Source of the DNA: Candidatus Lustribacter sp.
GTDB lineage: Bacteria; Vulcanimicrobiota; Vulcanimicrobiia; Vulcanimicrobiales; Vulcanimicrobiaceae
DNA length: 64,000 nt
Direction of reading: 5' to 3'
Assembly (NCBI GenBank): GCA_965277805.1
Contig: OZ255842.1
Span: forward strand, 576,001 to 640,000
The notes under the pieces are model-generated. The model worked only from the letters and a program-made list of their open reading frames with translations, was not told the origin of the DNA and did not search any database. Both the position numbers and the translations under genes were made by a program. Each line of letters starts with the position of its first letter. Position 1 is the stretch's first letter. Shown in pieces: positions 19,062 through 27,104 of this stretch.

Positions 19062-20027
19062 ATGAGAGTTGAGAACCCCGCGACCGCGATGCCACGTTCG
19101 GCGGCCATGACGGCGATTGCCGGCGGCTTGCTCGCTGCGGCGCGGCCGGCGCTGGCGCAGTCCCCGCCGGCAACGGTGCGCATCGGCTCGATCGCGATCG
19201 ACGCGTCGGGTGAATCCTACTACGGCGTCGACAGCGGCATCTTCGCGGCGAACGGAATTTCGGCGCAGATCACGACACTCACGACGGGTTCGGTGATCAT
19301 CACCGCGGTGCTGGCCGGCGATCTCGACGTCGGCATTGCCAACCCGCTGCAGATCGCGACCGCCATCGCGCGCGGCATCCCGCTCATCATGCTGACTCCG
19401 GCTGCGCTCTACTCGTTGCGCGATGCGAACGCGAACCTCGTCGTCGCCAAGAACTCGCCCTTCAAAACGCCCAAGGATCTGGTCGGCGCAACGTTCGGCG
19501 TTTCGAGCCTGGCCGATTTCAACCAGCTCACGCTGCTCGCGTATCTCGATCTGAACGGCGTTCCGAAAGACAGCGTGCACTTCATCGAGCTGCCGTTCAG
19601 TCAGATCAGCGCATCACTCGAGCGCGGCACGATCCAGGCCGGGATCATCACCGAACCGTTCAAGACCGACGGCGTGCGAGCGGGCCAGATCCGCGACTTC
19701 GGCGACACGTATCTCACGATCGCGCCGGAGATCGCTCCGATCTATTGGTTCACGACCAAAGGCTGGATCCAGAAAAACCCCGACGTCGCGAAGCGCATGG
19801 TCAACGCGATCTACGCAACCGCGAAGTGGGCGAACACGCACACCAAGGAGTCCGGTGAAACGCTCGCGCGCATCGCCAAGATGGACCCGGCGATCGTCGC
19901 GAACATGAAGCGCCTCTATTTCGCGACGAACAACGACCGCAAATATACGGTCAACACGCTCGCCCTCGCCGGCCGTTACGGGATGCTGCCGCGTCCCATA
20001 ACGTTCGAAGAGTTCAGCGCCTTCTAG
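19062..20027 (+). CDS. ABC solute-binding protein, NitT/TauT-like
   Basis: Leader ending PALAQ; close paralog of the 37882-38850 gene. Confidence 0.85.
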   Translation: MRVENPATAMPRSAAMTAIAGGLLAAARPALAQSPPATVRIGSIAIDASGESYYGVDSGIFAANGISAQITTLTTGSVIITAVLAGDLDVGIANPLQIATAIARGIPLIMLTPAALYSLRDANANLVVAKNSPFKTPKDLVGATFGVSSLADFNQLTLLAYLDLNGVPKDSVHFIELPFSQISASLERGTIQAGIITEPFKTDGVRAGQIRDFGDTYLTIAPEIAPIYWFTTKGWIQKNPDVAKRMVNAIYATAKWANTHTKESGETLARIAKMDPAIVANMKRLYFATNNDRKYTVNTLALAGRYGMLPRPITFEEFSAF

Positions 20028-21118
20028 ACGCCGACCGTTTCCCGGTTGGTCGAGAAGCCTTCTTTGGCACCCAGCACCGCGAACGGCTGCGCGAGGTTCT
20101 CTTGCCAGAGCAGCGAGCCCATCGCGATGTTGAGCGGCGAATCCTGAATCGTCAGCTCGTACACCGGCTTGTCGTTGGAAGCGTGGTTGTGAATGCCCCA
20201 GCCCGGCGCTGAGAGCATCAAGTCGCCGGCCTTCCAATCGAAGCGCGTGCCCTCGACGATGCTGTAGCCGCTGCCTTCGAAGTAGTAGTTGATCGCGGCG
20301 GCGGTGTGACGATGCGGACGGTCGACGATGTTCGCCGGCCGCAGGCACATCGTGGCGAAGAAGTTGTGCGTCGTGCCGTTGGTGTGGCCGGTCGCCGGAT
20401 TGAACAGCAGGTACAGACGGCGTCCGCGGTACTTCTGTCCGAGCGCCTCGAGTTTGTCGAGATGCTCCTTGATCGACGCCCACTTCCAGAACAGCGACGT
20501 CGACGGAACGACGTCCGGGTTGACGAGTTTCTCATACGGCATGAGATACGCGCCGTCGGCGAGTTCGAACGTGCCGAACGGATTCTGATCGTGCTTTTCT
20601 TCCGACGGCCCGGCAGCCGGTGCGGGCTCGAGCGCTGAGGCCGGCGGATTCTCATCGACGATGTGGACGTTCATTTTTTCGAGCAGCGCCGCGTTCGAGT
20701 ACGTCAGACGCACTTGGCGATCGCCGGTTTTGTTCTCGATGACGTAGGCGTCCATCGACGGCGTGTTCCACACGTCGTGGCGATCGAACGTGAAGCGCTT
20801 ACCGGCAACGTTGGCCGTCCCCGATCCGTGAATGCAGAAGTTCACCTGACTCGAGTTGTGGCGGATCGGCGCGGTGCCTTCGCCGGGCAACAGAACGTCG
20901 AGCGAAACGCGAATCCCGGGCGCGAGACCGAGGCCGGGCTCTTTCGAATTCGGATGCACGATCAGCGCGCGCCGGCGGCCGTCGGCCGGACGCGGCAGCG
21001 CGCTAAGGCGCTCGATCTCCGCATCGATCGCTTCCTTCGGAATGATGACCGAAGGCCAAAGCGCGAGCGGCGGTGACGCCTCACCCGTGCGGTCGACGAA
21101 GAATTTCGAGTTATCCAT
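20024..21118 (-). CDS. Bicupin, gentisate 1,2-dioxygenase-like
   Basis: RRALIVHP..PGLG, two cupin domains, C-terminal PHRH...WGIHNH, TIQDSPL. Confidence 0.8.
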   Translation of the reverse strand: MDNSKFFVDRTGEASPPLALWPSVIIPKEAIDAEIERLSALPRPADGRRRALIVHPNSKEPGLGLAPGIRVSLDVLLPGEGTAPIRHNSSQVNFCIHGSGTANVAGKRFTFDRHDVWNTPSMDAYVIENKTGDRQVRLTYSNAALLEKMNVHIVDENPPASALEPAPAAGPSEEKHDQNPFGTFELADGAYLMPYEKLVNPDVVPSTSLFWKWASIKEHLDKLEALGQKYRGRRLYLLFNPATGHTNGTTHNFFATMCLRPANIVDRPHRHTAAAINYYFEGSGYSIVEGTRFDWKAGDLMLSAPGWGIHNHASNDKPVYELTIQDSPLNIAMGSLLWQENLAQPFAVLGAKEGFSTNRETVGV

Positions 21119-21125
21119 GGTGCAC

Positions 21126-22145
21126 CTACGTTTTGGCGGTTGAGTTGTAGCGGATCGGAACGTTCGTCCGTGCTGGTATTTCGCGACCCAGGCCGCGTTG
21201 CCGTGCTAGTTCGTGAATTTTGATCCCGAGCGCGAGGTCGGAGATCCCCATGCCCATCGCTTTGAAGAGCGTCACGTCGGCGCCGTCCGGGCGCGAAGCG
21301 TTCTCGGCGACCAGACGGCTCAAGGGAGCGATCGCATCCCACGCCGGCCCGCCGGCTGCGCCGTAGTACTCGCGGAATTCGCGCGAGAGCGTTTGAGTTT
21401 GCGGCACGCTGTCGGCGCTTACGATCGCGCAGCGCGTGAGCAGCTGCGGCTCGAACTCGGCGCGTTCCGGCACGATCGCCCCGACGGCGTTGACGTGCAC
21501 GCCGCGGGGTGCGCCGGCCGCGGTTAGCACCGGCGAGGTCGCCCGCGTGGCCAGCGTGATCACGTCGGTGCCGGCGAAGGCGTCATCGGCCGACGTCGCC
21601 TCGACCGCCTCGACGTCGGGGAACGTCGCCTTCAGCTTGGCGACGAGCGCCGCGCGGTTGGCCGGGGTCGGGCTCCAGACGCGCACGCGGCGGATGTCGC
21701 GGACCGCGAGCATGGCGGCTACCTGGGGCAGCGACTGTTTCCCCGAGCCGACGATCGTCATCTCGCGGGCATCGGCCCGGGCGAGCCGCCCGGTGGCAAC
21801 GGAGCTGATCCCGGCCGTCCGGAGCTGGCCGAGGGCGAAGGCCTCGATCACCGCCAGCACGGAGCCGTTCTGCGCGTCGAAGAGCAAGACGAGCGGGCCG
21901 GTTCCACCGGTCGTGTGGGTCCAGGTCTTGGTGCCGACCACCCCGGCGCCCGGCACGGCGGCCCCAATCGCGTGGAGCGTGTCGTGACCGTTAAAGGTGA
22001 CGACGGTTTTCGTCATGTTTTCCGCCGCGCCCGAGGGCTCGAGGCGGAGGGTCTCTTCGAGGGCGCTCAGCGCCAGGGGCAAGTCAACCAAGCTGACCAC
22101 GTCGGCTTCGCTGATCCAGATCGGATTCACACCGGTGCTATTCAC
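21126..22145 (-). CDS. Ornithine cyclodeaminase / mu-crystallin family protein
   Basis: GQLRTAG, GSGKQ, HVNAVGA, TLFKAMGMGISDLA. Confidence 0.9.
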   Translation of the reverse strand: MNSTGVNPIWISEADVVSLVDLPLALSALEETLRLEPSGAAENMTKTVVTFNGHDTLHAIGAAVPGAGVVGTKTWTHTTGGTGPLVLLFDAQNGSVLAVIEAFALGQLRTAGISSVATGRLARADAREMTIVGSGKQSLPQVAAMLAVRDIRRVRVWSPTPANRAALVAKLKATFPDVEAVEATSADDAFAGTDVITLATRATSPVLTAAGAPRGVHVNAVGAIVPERAEFEPQLLTRCAIVSADSVPQTQTLSREFREYYGAAGGPAWDAIAPLSRLVAENASRPDGADVTLFKAMGMGISDLALGIKIHELARQRGLGREIPARTNVPIRYNSTAKT

Positions 22146-22481
22146 CCTAGAGCGCCGGCTCCTTCGTCCCGGCGGCCCGGAGTGTGCGTCTCATTGCTGG
22201 TAATTGGTCCAGAAACTGCGACTTTAGGCGAGGAAGAAAGTTTCAGGACGCGAAGTGTTTTCGGCGAAGTCGCTGCCCTTGCCATGCGGGGACAAGCGGC
22301 GTTCGTTTGCAGTGCTCAGTCCGAAGCTGTACCTGGAGAGTTGCGACCTATTTATGAGGGGCGAAGCTCCAACGCGGCGACGGAACGCACGCAAGACCAC
22401 CTCGACGCGGTGCGTCGGATTAGGCGGAACAAAGAATTCGCCGGTTCGGCGGCACCAATCTATGGAGGCCTCTTAACTCGT

Positions 22482-24620
22482 ATGATCCGAAAGCTAACGA
22501 AAGCGGTCGGAGTCTTGCTGATGCTCGGGTTTATTACCCCGAGTCTCGCAATGGCCAATCCGACAACGGTCGCGGTAGCTCCGGCGGATACCACCGCCGC
22601 AAGTGCTACTGCTACGGCTGGTGCGACTGATGTCGCCCAAGCCGGTCCCCTCTCCGACGTCCCGCTGAACAGCTGGGCGTACGATGCCGTCGATCAACTC
22701 GCAAAAGACGGCATCATCAAAGGCTATCCCGACGGCACGTTCAAGGGCAACCGCCCGATGACGCGCTATGAAGCTGCAGTGCTGGCGTATCGCGCGGTCG
22801 ACATGATCGAAGCGCAGATCACCGCCGGTAAAGCCGTCGAAAAAGCCGACATCGATGCGGCCAACAAGCTCATCGCCGCGTATGGCGCCGAGCTCAAAGC
22901 GGTCGAACGTCATGTCGACGCACTGCAACAAGAAGCAGACGCGACGAAGACCGGCCTCGCAGCCACCGACAAGCGCGTTTCCGGTCAAGCCGGTCAGATT
23001 CAAGCGTTGAGCGACTTCGACAAGAAGGCGTACATCAAGTTCACCAGCATCGATACCGGCTTCGTTTACAGCGGTAACATCAACGGTAACTGCGGTAACG
23101 CAGCCGCCTACGGGCCCGCGTCCGGCAGCGCGTTCTGCGCGGCCAACGGTCCCGGCGCCGCGCTTCCGGCGGGCCAGCGCACGAACGGTTACAACCCGGC
23201 CGTCGGTACCGCTCCGGGCGGCAGCGCCTCGAGCCTTCCCATCGGTCAGGTCAACCGCGGCGTGAGCTTCATGTATCAGAAGGTCTCGCTGACTGGTACG
23301 CCCAGCCCGAACACCGCGTTCCTCGTCGAATTCGGCGACTCGGTCCGTCCGGTTCAAACGTCCGGATCGTCCAACAGCGCCAGCTCGAATGCGTATTGCA
23401 CGCCGTCGTCGGGGCAGAACTTCCTCAACGGCAACCTCGCGGAGCCGACGACGCTGTCGAACTGCTCGGCGACCAATGCCAGTGGTGCTGAATACAACAA
23501 CGGCGAACCCGGTGGTGCATTCGGTTACAACAACATCTGGATCCAAACGTCGATCCCGAACTCGGGTATCTACCTCCGCGCCGGCCACGTTCAAAACAAC
23601 GAAGGTCCGACCGGCGGCTCCTGGCTCGGCGGCGACTACTACTGGGGCGTGATGCTCGGCATCACCAAGGGTAACTTCAACGGGTACATCGGTGCCGGCG
23701 TCGGCAACAGTGCCTCGACGAACAACGCCTTGGACAACGAGCCCTACACGGCGCAAAACATGACGATCCAAGCCGATTACACGTTCCCGATCGCCCCGCG
23801 TGCCTCGATCAACCTTGGTGCCATGTACACCAACTACACCGGGTACAGCTCGAGTGAATGGGATCCGTCGGCCGTCATTTGCACCGGTGCGAACGGCGCA
23901 ACGCGTTACTTCGCGAACACCGCTGCCGTGCCGTTCTCGACCTGCGGAACCGCAACGTCGGGCGGCGTCACCCAGACCCTCACCCCGCTCACGTACGCTA
24001 ACGGTACGGCGATCACGGGTGCGTATCTGAGCGCCGCCAACAACAACAACACGATCTCCGGAACGGGTTGTTCGTGTATCCCCGGCACGACGCCGGGCAA
24101 CTACGTCTACAGCCTCAGCACCCCGGGTCTCGTGCTGACCGCGCCGATCTCGCAGATCGGTGCACATTTGATCTTCACGTATAACAACGCACGTCTCTAC
24201 CTCGCCGGTACCTACCGGTTCGGTAACGACCCCTACACCGGCAAGGCGTGGGTCGGCAATACGACGGGCGACTTCGTGTTCGATCTCGGTCCGTGGCGCG
24301 CCGGTCCGGGCAACCACGGGAAGCTCACGTATGAAGCGCAAGGCTTTGCCGCCGGCTTCAATGCCATGACCCAGAACGTCAACTACTTCGGCGGACCGAT
24401 TCTCGACAACACCTGGCAAACCGCTTTCGGCGGCGAGTACTGGGTCGAGACGGCGTTCAAGTACTGGGTTAGCGACAACGTCAACCTTGCGGTTGGTGTC
24501 GGTCGTTCCGGCTTGCTGCCGAACATTATCCTGCCTGCCGGCGGCCCGACGTGCCCCGGCTGCGTCATCAGTGGCTTCGGTCAGAACATGGCGTTCGCCC
24601 AGATGAACCTCAACTTCTAG
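22482..24620 (+). CDS. SLH-domain outer-membrane porin-like protein (OmpM/SomA-type architecture), copy 1
   Basis: Signal peptide, SLH motif SDVP..SWAYDAV...GIIKGYPDGTFKGNRPMTRYEAA, coiled coil, Gly/Asn/Tyr-rich beta region, terminal Phe, 10 Cys; GGAGG RBS. Confidence 0.85.
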   Translation: MIRKLTKAVGVLLMLGFITPSLAMANPTTVAVAPADTTAASATATAGATDVAQAGPLSDVPLNSWAYDAVDQLAKDGIIKGYPDGTFKGNRPMTRYEAAVLAYRAVDMIEAQITAGKAVEKADIDAANKLIAAYGAELKAVERHVDALQQEADATKTGLAATDKRVSGQAGQIQALSDFDKKAYIKFTSIDTGFVYSGNINGNCGNAAAYGPASGSAFCAANGPGAALPAGQRTNGYNPAVGTAPGGSASSLPIGQVNRGVSFMYQKVSLTGTPSPNTAFLVEFGDSVRPVQTSGSSNSASSNAYCTPSSGQNFLNGNLAEPTTLSNCSATNASGAEYNNGEPGGAFGYNNIWIQTSIPNSGIYLRAGHVQNNEGPTGGSWLGGDYYWGVMLGITKGNFNGYIGAGVGNSASTNNALDNEPYTAQNMTIQADYTFPIAPRASINLGAMYTNYTGYSSSEWDPSAVICTGANGATRYFANTAAVPFSTCGTATSGGVTQTLTPLTYANGTAITGAYLSAANNNNTISGTGCSCIPGTTPGNYVYSLSTPGLVLTAPISQIGAHLIFTYNNARLYLAGTYRFGNDPYTGKAWVGNTTGDFVFDLGPWRAGPGNHGKLTYEAQGFAAGFNAMTQNVNYFGGPILDNTWQTAFGGEYWVETAFKYWVSDNVNLAVGVGRSGLLPNIILPAGGPTCPGCVISGFGQNMAFAQMNLNF

Positions 24621-24638
24621 TCTTAGGACCAGAGCTGG

Positions 24639-24671
24639 AAAAGGGCTCCGCTTCGGCGGGGCCTTTTTTTT
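24639..24671. terminator. Bidirectional intrinsic terminator
   Basis: AAAA-GGGCTCCGC-TTCG-GCGGGGCC-T8 between convergent genes. Confidence 0.9.
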
Positions 24672-24743
24672 GTTCATGCTCGGCGACGTTGACGCTGCCA
24701 CTGCCGCAAGAATGCAATCCGCACATTACTCCTCGATGACTGG

Positions 24744-25418
24744 TCATCGCAAGAGCCCAAAGCGGTAACCCGCACCACGCACCGTATGCAGCAGCGAGGG
24801 AAGACTGTTGTTCGTGAGCTTTGTACGCAGCCTTCGTACGTACACATCGATGACGTTCGAGGTGACCTCGGCATCGTCGGTCCAGAGCGCAGCCTCGATC
24901 ATCGTGCGTGTCACCAGCAGACCTGCGTTTCGCATGAAATACTCGAGGTAGGCGACCTCTCGAGCCGTCATTTGAATCTCCGTGCCCGCTCGCGTTACGC
25001 GCCGCGTTGCAAGGTCTAAGACGACGTCCTCGACGCGCAGCTCGAGGCGCGGAGGAGCGGGCTCGCGCCGCGTGATCGACCGCAGCCGCGCGAGCAGTTC
25101 TCCGAAAGCGAACGGCTTTCTCAAGTAGTCGTCGGCGCCACCGTCGAGACCGGTGATTGCATCGGTAGCCGTATCGCGTGCCGTCAGCATGAGTACCGGC
25201 GTCCTAAAACCGCTCTTGCGCAGCGAAGAGAGCACCGCAAAGCCGCTCTTTCCCGGAATCATGACATCGAGCACGATGGCGTCGTGGTCCCCGCTCTGCG
25301 CGGCCAACTCGCCGCTTATGCCGTCATGCTCGACGGCGACCACGTGGCCTTCTTCCGACAATCCTTCGCGCAAGACGCCGGCAAGCACGACGTCGTCATC
25401 AATGATCAGGACTTTCAT
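24744..25418 (-). CDS. OmpR/PhoB-family response regulator
   Basis: IIDDD, LDVMIP, LTARD, GADDYLRKPF, wHTH SNVIDVYVRRLR, TVRGAGY. Confidence 0.95.
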   Translation of the reverse strand: MKVLIIDDDVVLAGVLREGLSEEGHVVAVEHDGISGELAAQSGDHDAIVLDVMIPGKSGFAVLSSLRKSGFRTPVLMLTARDTATDAITGLDGGADDYLRKPFAFGELLARLRSITRREPAPPRLELRVEDVVLDLATRRVTRAGTEIQMTAREVAYLEYFMRNAGLLVTRTMIEAALWTDDAEVTSNVIDVYVRRLRTKLTNNSLPSLLHTVRGAGYRFGLLR

Positions 25419-25430
25419 CGGTCGTTTCGC

Positions 25431-26819
25431 TTATGTGCGGTCCAGGACGCTTCGTAAAGTGAGCGTTACCTCGCCGTGCCCTTGCGGCGAATTCCTGATA
25501 TCGATCGTGCCGCCCCAGCTTTCGACTGCGGCGCGTGCGATCGGGAGTCCTAAGCCGCCGCCGTGCGGCGCCATCGCGGAACCGTCGCGCCATAAGCGAT
25601 CGAATGCATGCACCAATGCACTATTGCTGAACCCTTTGCCGGCGTCCCGAATAATCACGCGAACGCAGTCTCCGACGAGTCTCGATTCGACCTTGACGCG
25701 CCCTCCCGCCCGGCTAAACTTGATCGCGTTGTGAAGAAGAACCAAAAGCACGCGGTCGAACAGCGTCGGCTGCGTCACGGCACACGCCCTAATGGGCGAG
25801 ACCAGGTCGAACGAGATATCGCTGGCAGCAGCGACCGCTTCCATCCGGCTGACGACGGTGCTTAGCATCTGTCCCACATCGGTGACCGTTTCAGGCTCGG
25901 TGCGACAGTCCGTCTCGCCCAACATGAGGAGGGCATCGATGAGCCGATCCATTTGTGACACTTCCGACCTCACCGTTGCCAGCGTATCGCGGTACTTCTC
26001 GGCCGACCGTTCGCGTCGAAGCGCGATATCGACGCTCGCCATGATCACCGTAAGCGGCGCGCGCAAGTCATGCGACGCATTTGCGGTAAACCGCCGTTGC
26101 TCCCGAAATGCCGCGTCTAGGCGATCGAGCATACGATTAAAGGCAAGGCTAAGCTGCCGCAGCTCGCTATCTGCTTCGGGGTTGAGCCGGCGAGTCAGGT
26201 CGAAGGCTTCGATCTCGGCCGCGACTGCTGCCATTCCACGCAGCGGTTCAAGCGCACGGTGAACGACCGAATTCGCGACGAGAATTGCAATGGTCGATAT
26301 GGCCACCAGAAGGATGGTAAGAATCAATGCCGTGATGTGGAGATAGTCGTTAACGAAGTCCAGCGGGCGCCAAATCGCAATTACGGCCGGGCGGCGGCCT
26401 CCGACTGCGGCGCGCGAAAGCATGACGCGTAAGGTCCGTGGGCCATCCTCGACCGTGACGTAGCTCGAGGGGAGCATCGAACGGTTGGCCACCTGCGCAA
26501 CGGCAGCCGGCACCGGCCCACTGGTCCATGTAATAGAGCCATCACGCGAGATAATCGCAGCATTTTGGGCGTTGCTCAGCACAGAACGAAGCCACGCGGA
26601 TGCGCGTTCGTCGAGCGCCGCACCGCCACGATCGGTGATCGCGAGCAGCGCACGTGTCGATGTCGATAGGCGATGGTCGAGATCTGCCATGACGGCTCGA
26701 TCGACGGCCGCGAATGCCGTTAACGAAAAGATTACGAGGCCGGTAACGAACATGCCGATATACGTTAAGACCAGGCGTGCGCGCAGCGATACCGCCGGCT
26801 TTTCGCGAGCGTCTTTCAT
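25431..26819 (-). CDS. Sensor histidine kinase (2 TM, HAMP, HisKA, HATPase)
   Basis: H-box ANASHDLRAPL, N-box LLHNAIKF, DAGKG, GGGLGL; start position approximate. Confidence 0.9.
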   Translation of the reverse strand: MKDAREKPAVSLRARLVLTYIGMFVTGLVIFSLTAFAAVDRAVMADLDHRLSTSTRALLAITDRGGAALDERASAWLRSVLSNAQNAAIISRDGSITWTSGPVPAAVAQVANRSMLPSSYVTVEDGPRTLRVMLSRAAVGGRRPAVIAIWRPLDFVNDYLHITALILTILLVAISTIAILVANSVVHRALEPLRGMAAVAAEIEAFDLTRRLNPEADSELRQLSLAFNRMLDRLDAAFREQRRFTANASHDLRAPLTVIMASVDIALRRERSAEKYRDTLATVRSEVSQMDRLIDALLMLGETDCRTEPETVTDVGQMLSTVVSRMEAVAAASDISFDLVSPIRACAVTQPTLFDRVLLVLLHNAIKFSRAGGRVKVESRLVGDCVRVIIRDAGKGFSNSALVHAFDRLWRDGSAMAPHGGGLGLPIARAAVESWGGTIDIRNSPQGHGEVTLTLRSVLDRT

Positions 26820-26890
26820 TGTTCGATCGTCCCATCCCAAGCAAAAAATCCGCTATGCTCTACCATTGGAGGTCTCCTTCCGATGGGCCT

Positions 26891-26924
26891 CAGTCATCTG
26901 AGAGTCATGTAGGCGCCGCATTGT
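26891..26924 (+). promoter_or_regulatory. Pho-box-like direct repeat (OmpR/PhoB-type site) followed by a weak -10 box
   Basis: CAGTCAT-CTGA-GAGTCAT (11 bp period), then 10 bp, then CATTGT; lies between the kinase gene and porin copy 2. Confidence 0.55.
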
Positions 26925-27104
26925 GGGATCGCTGCGCAATCGGTCTGTATCTGGACGTTAGCGACCTATTCACGAGGGGCGAACTCCGATTCAGCAGAGG
27001 AACGCATGTAATGACCTCACCTCGACTCGGCGCGATAAATTGGCGGAAGAAAGAAATTTCACCAGTTTGTCGCCACCAATCTATTGGAGGCCTCCTAACA
27101 CGTT

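Larger units (their letters stand above)
22327..24671 (+). repeat. Copy 1 of a ~2.3 kb direct duplication (leader, SLH-porin gene, terminator)
   Basis: Aligns by eye with 26945-29249; the coding region has long identical stretches, the leader is more diverged. Confidence 0.92.

Noticed and set aside
21915-22481. N-terminal extension making porin copy 1 901 aa
   Set aside because: Overlaps the cyclodeaminase gene on the other strand; the RBS, signal peptide and copy 2 all place the start at 22482.
22494-24701. 735-aa minus-strand ORF (and the 626-aa ORF at 27117-28997)
   Set aside because: Antisense shadows of the strongly codon-biased porin genes; no motifs, RBS or plausible composition.
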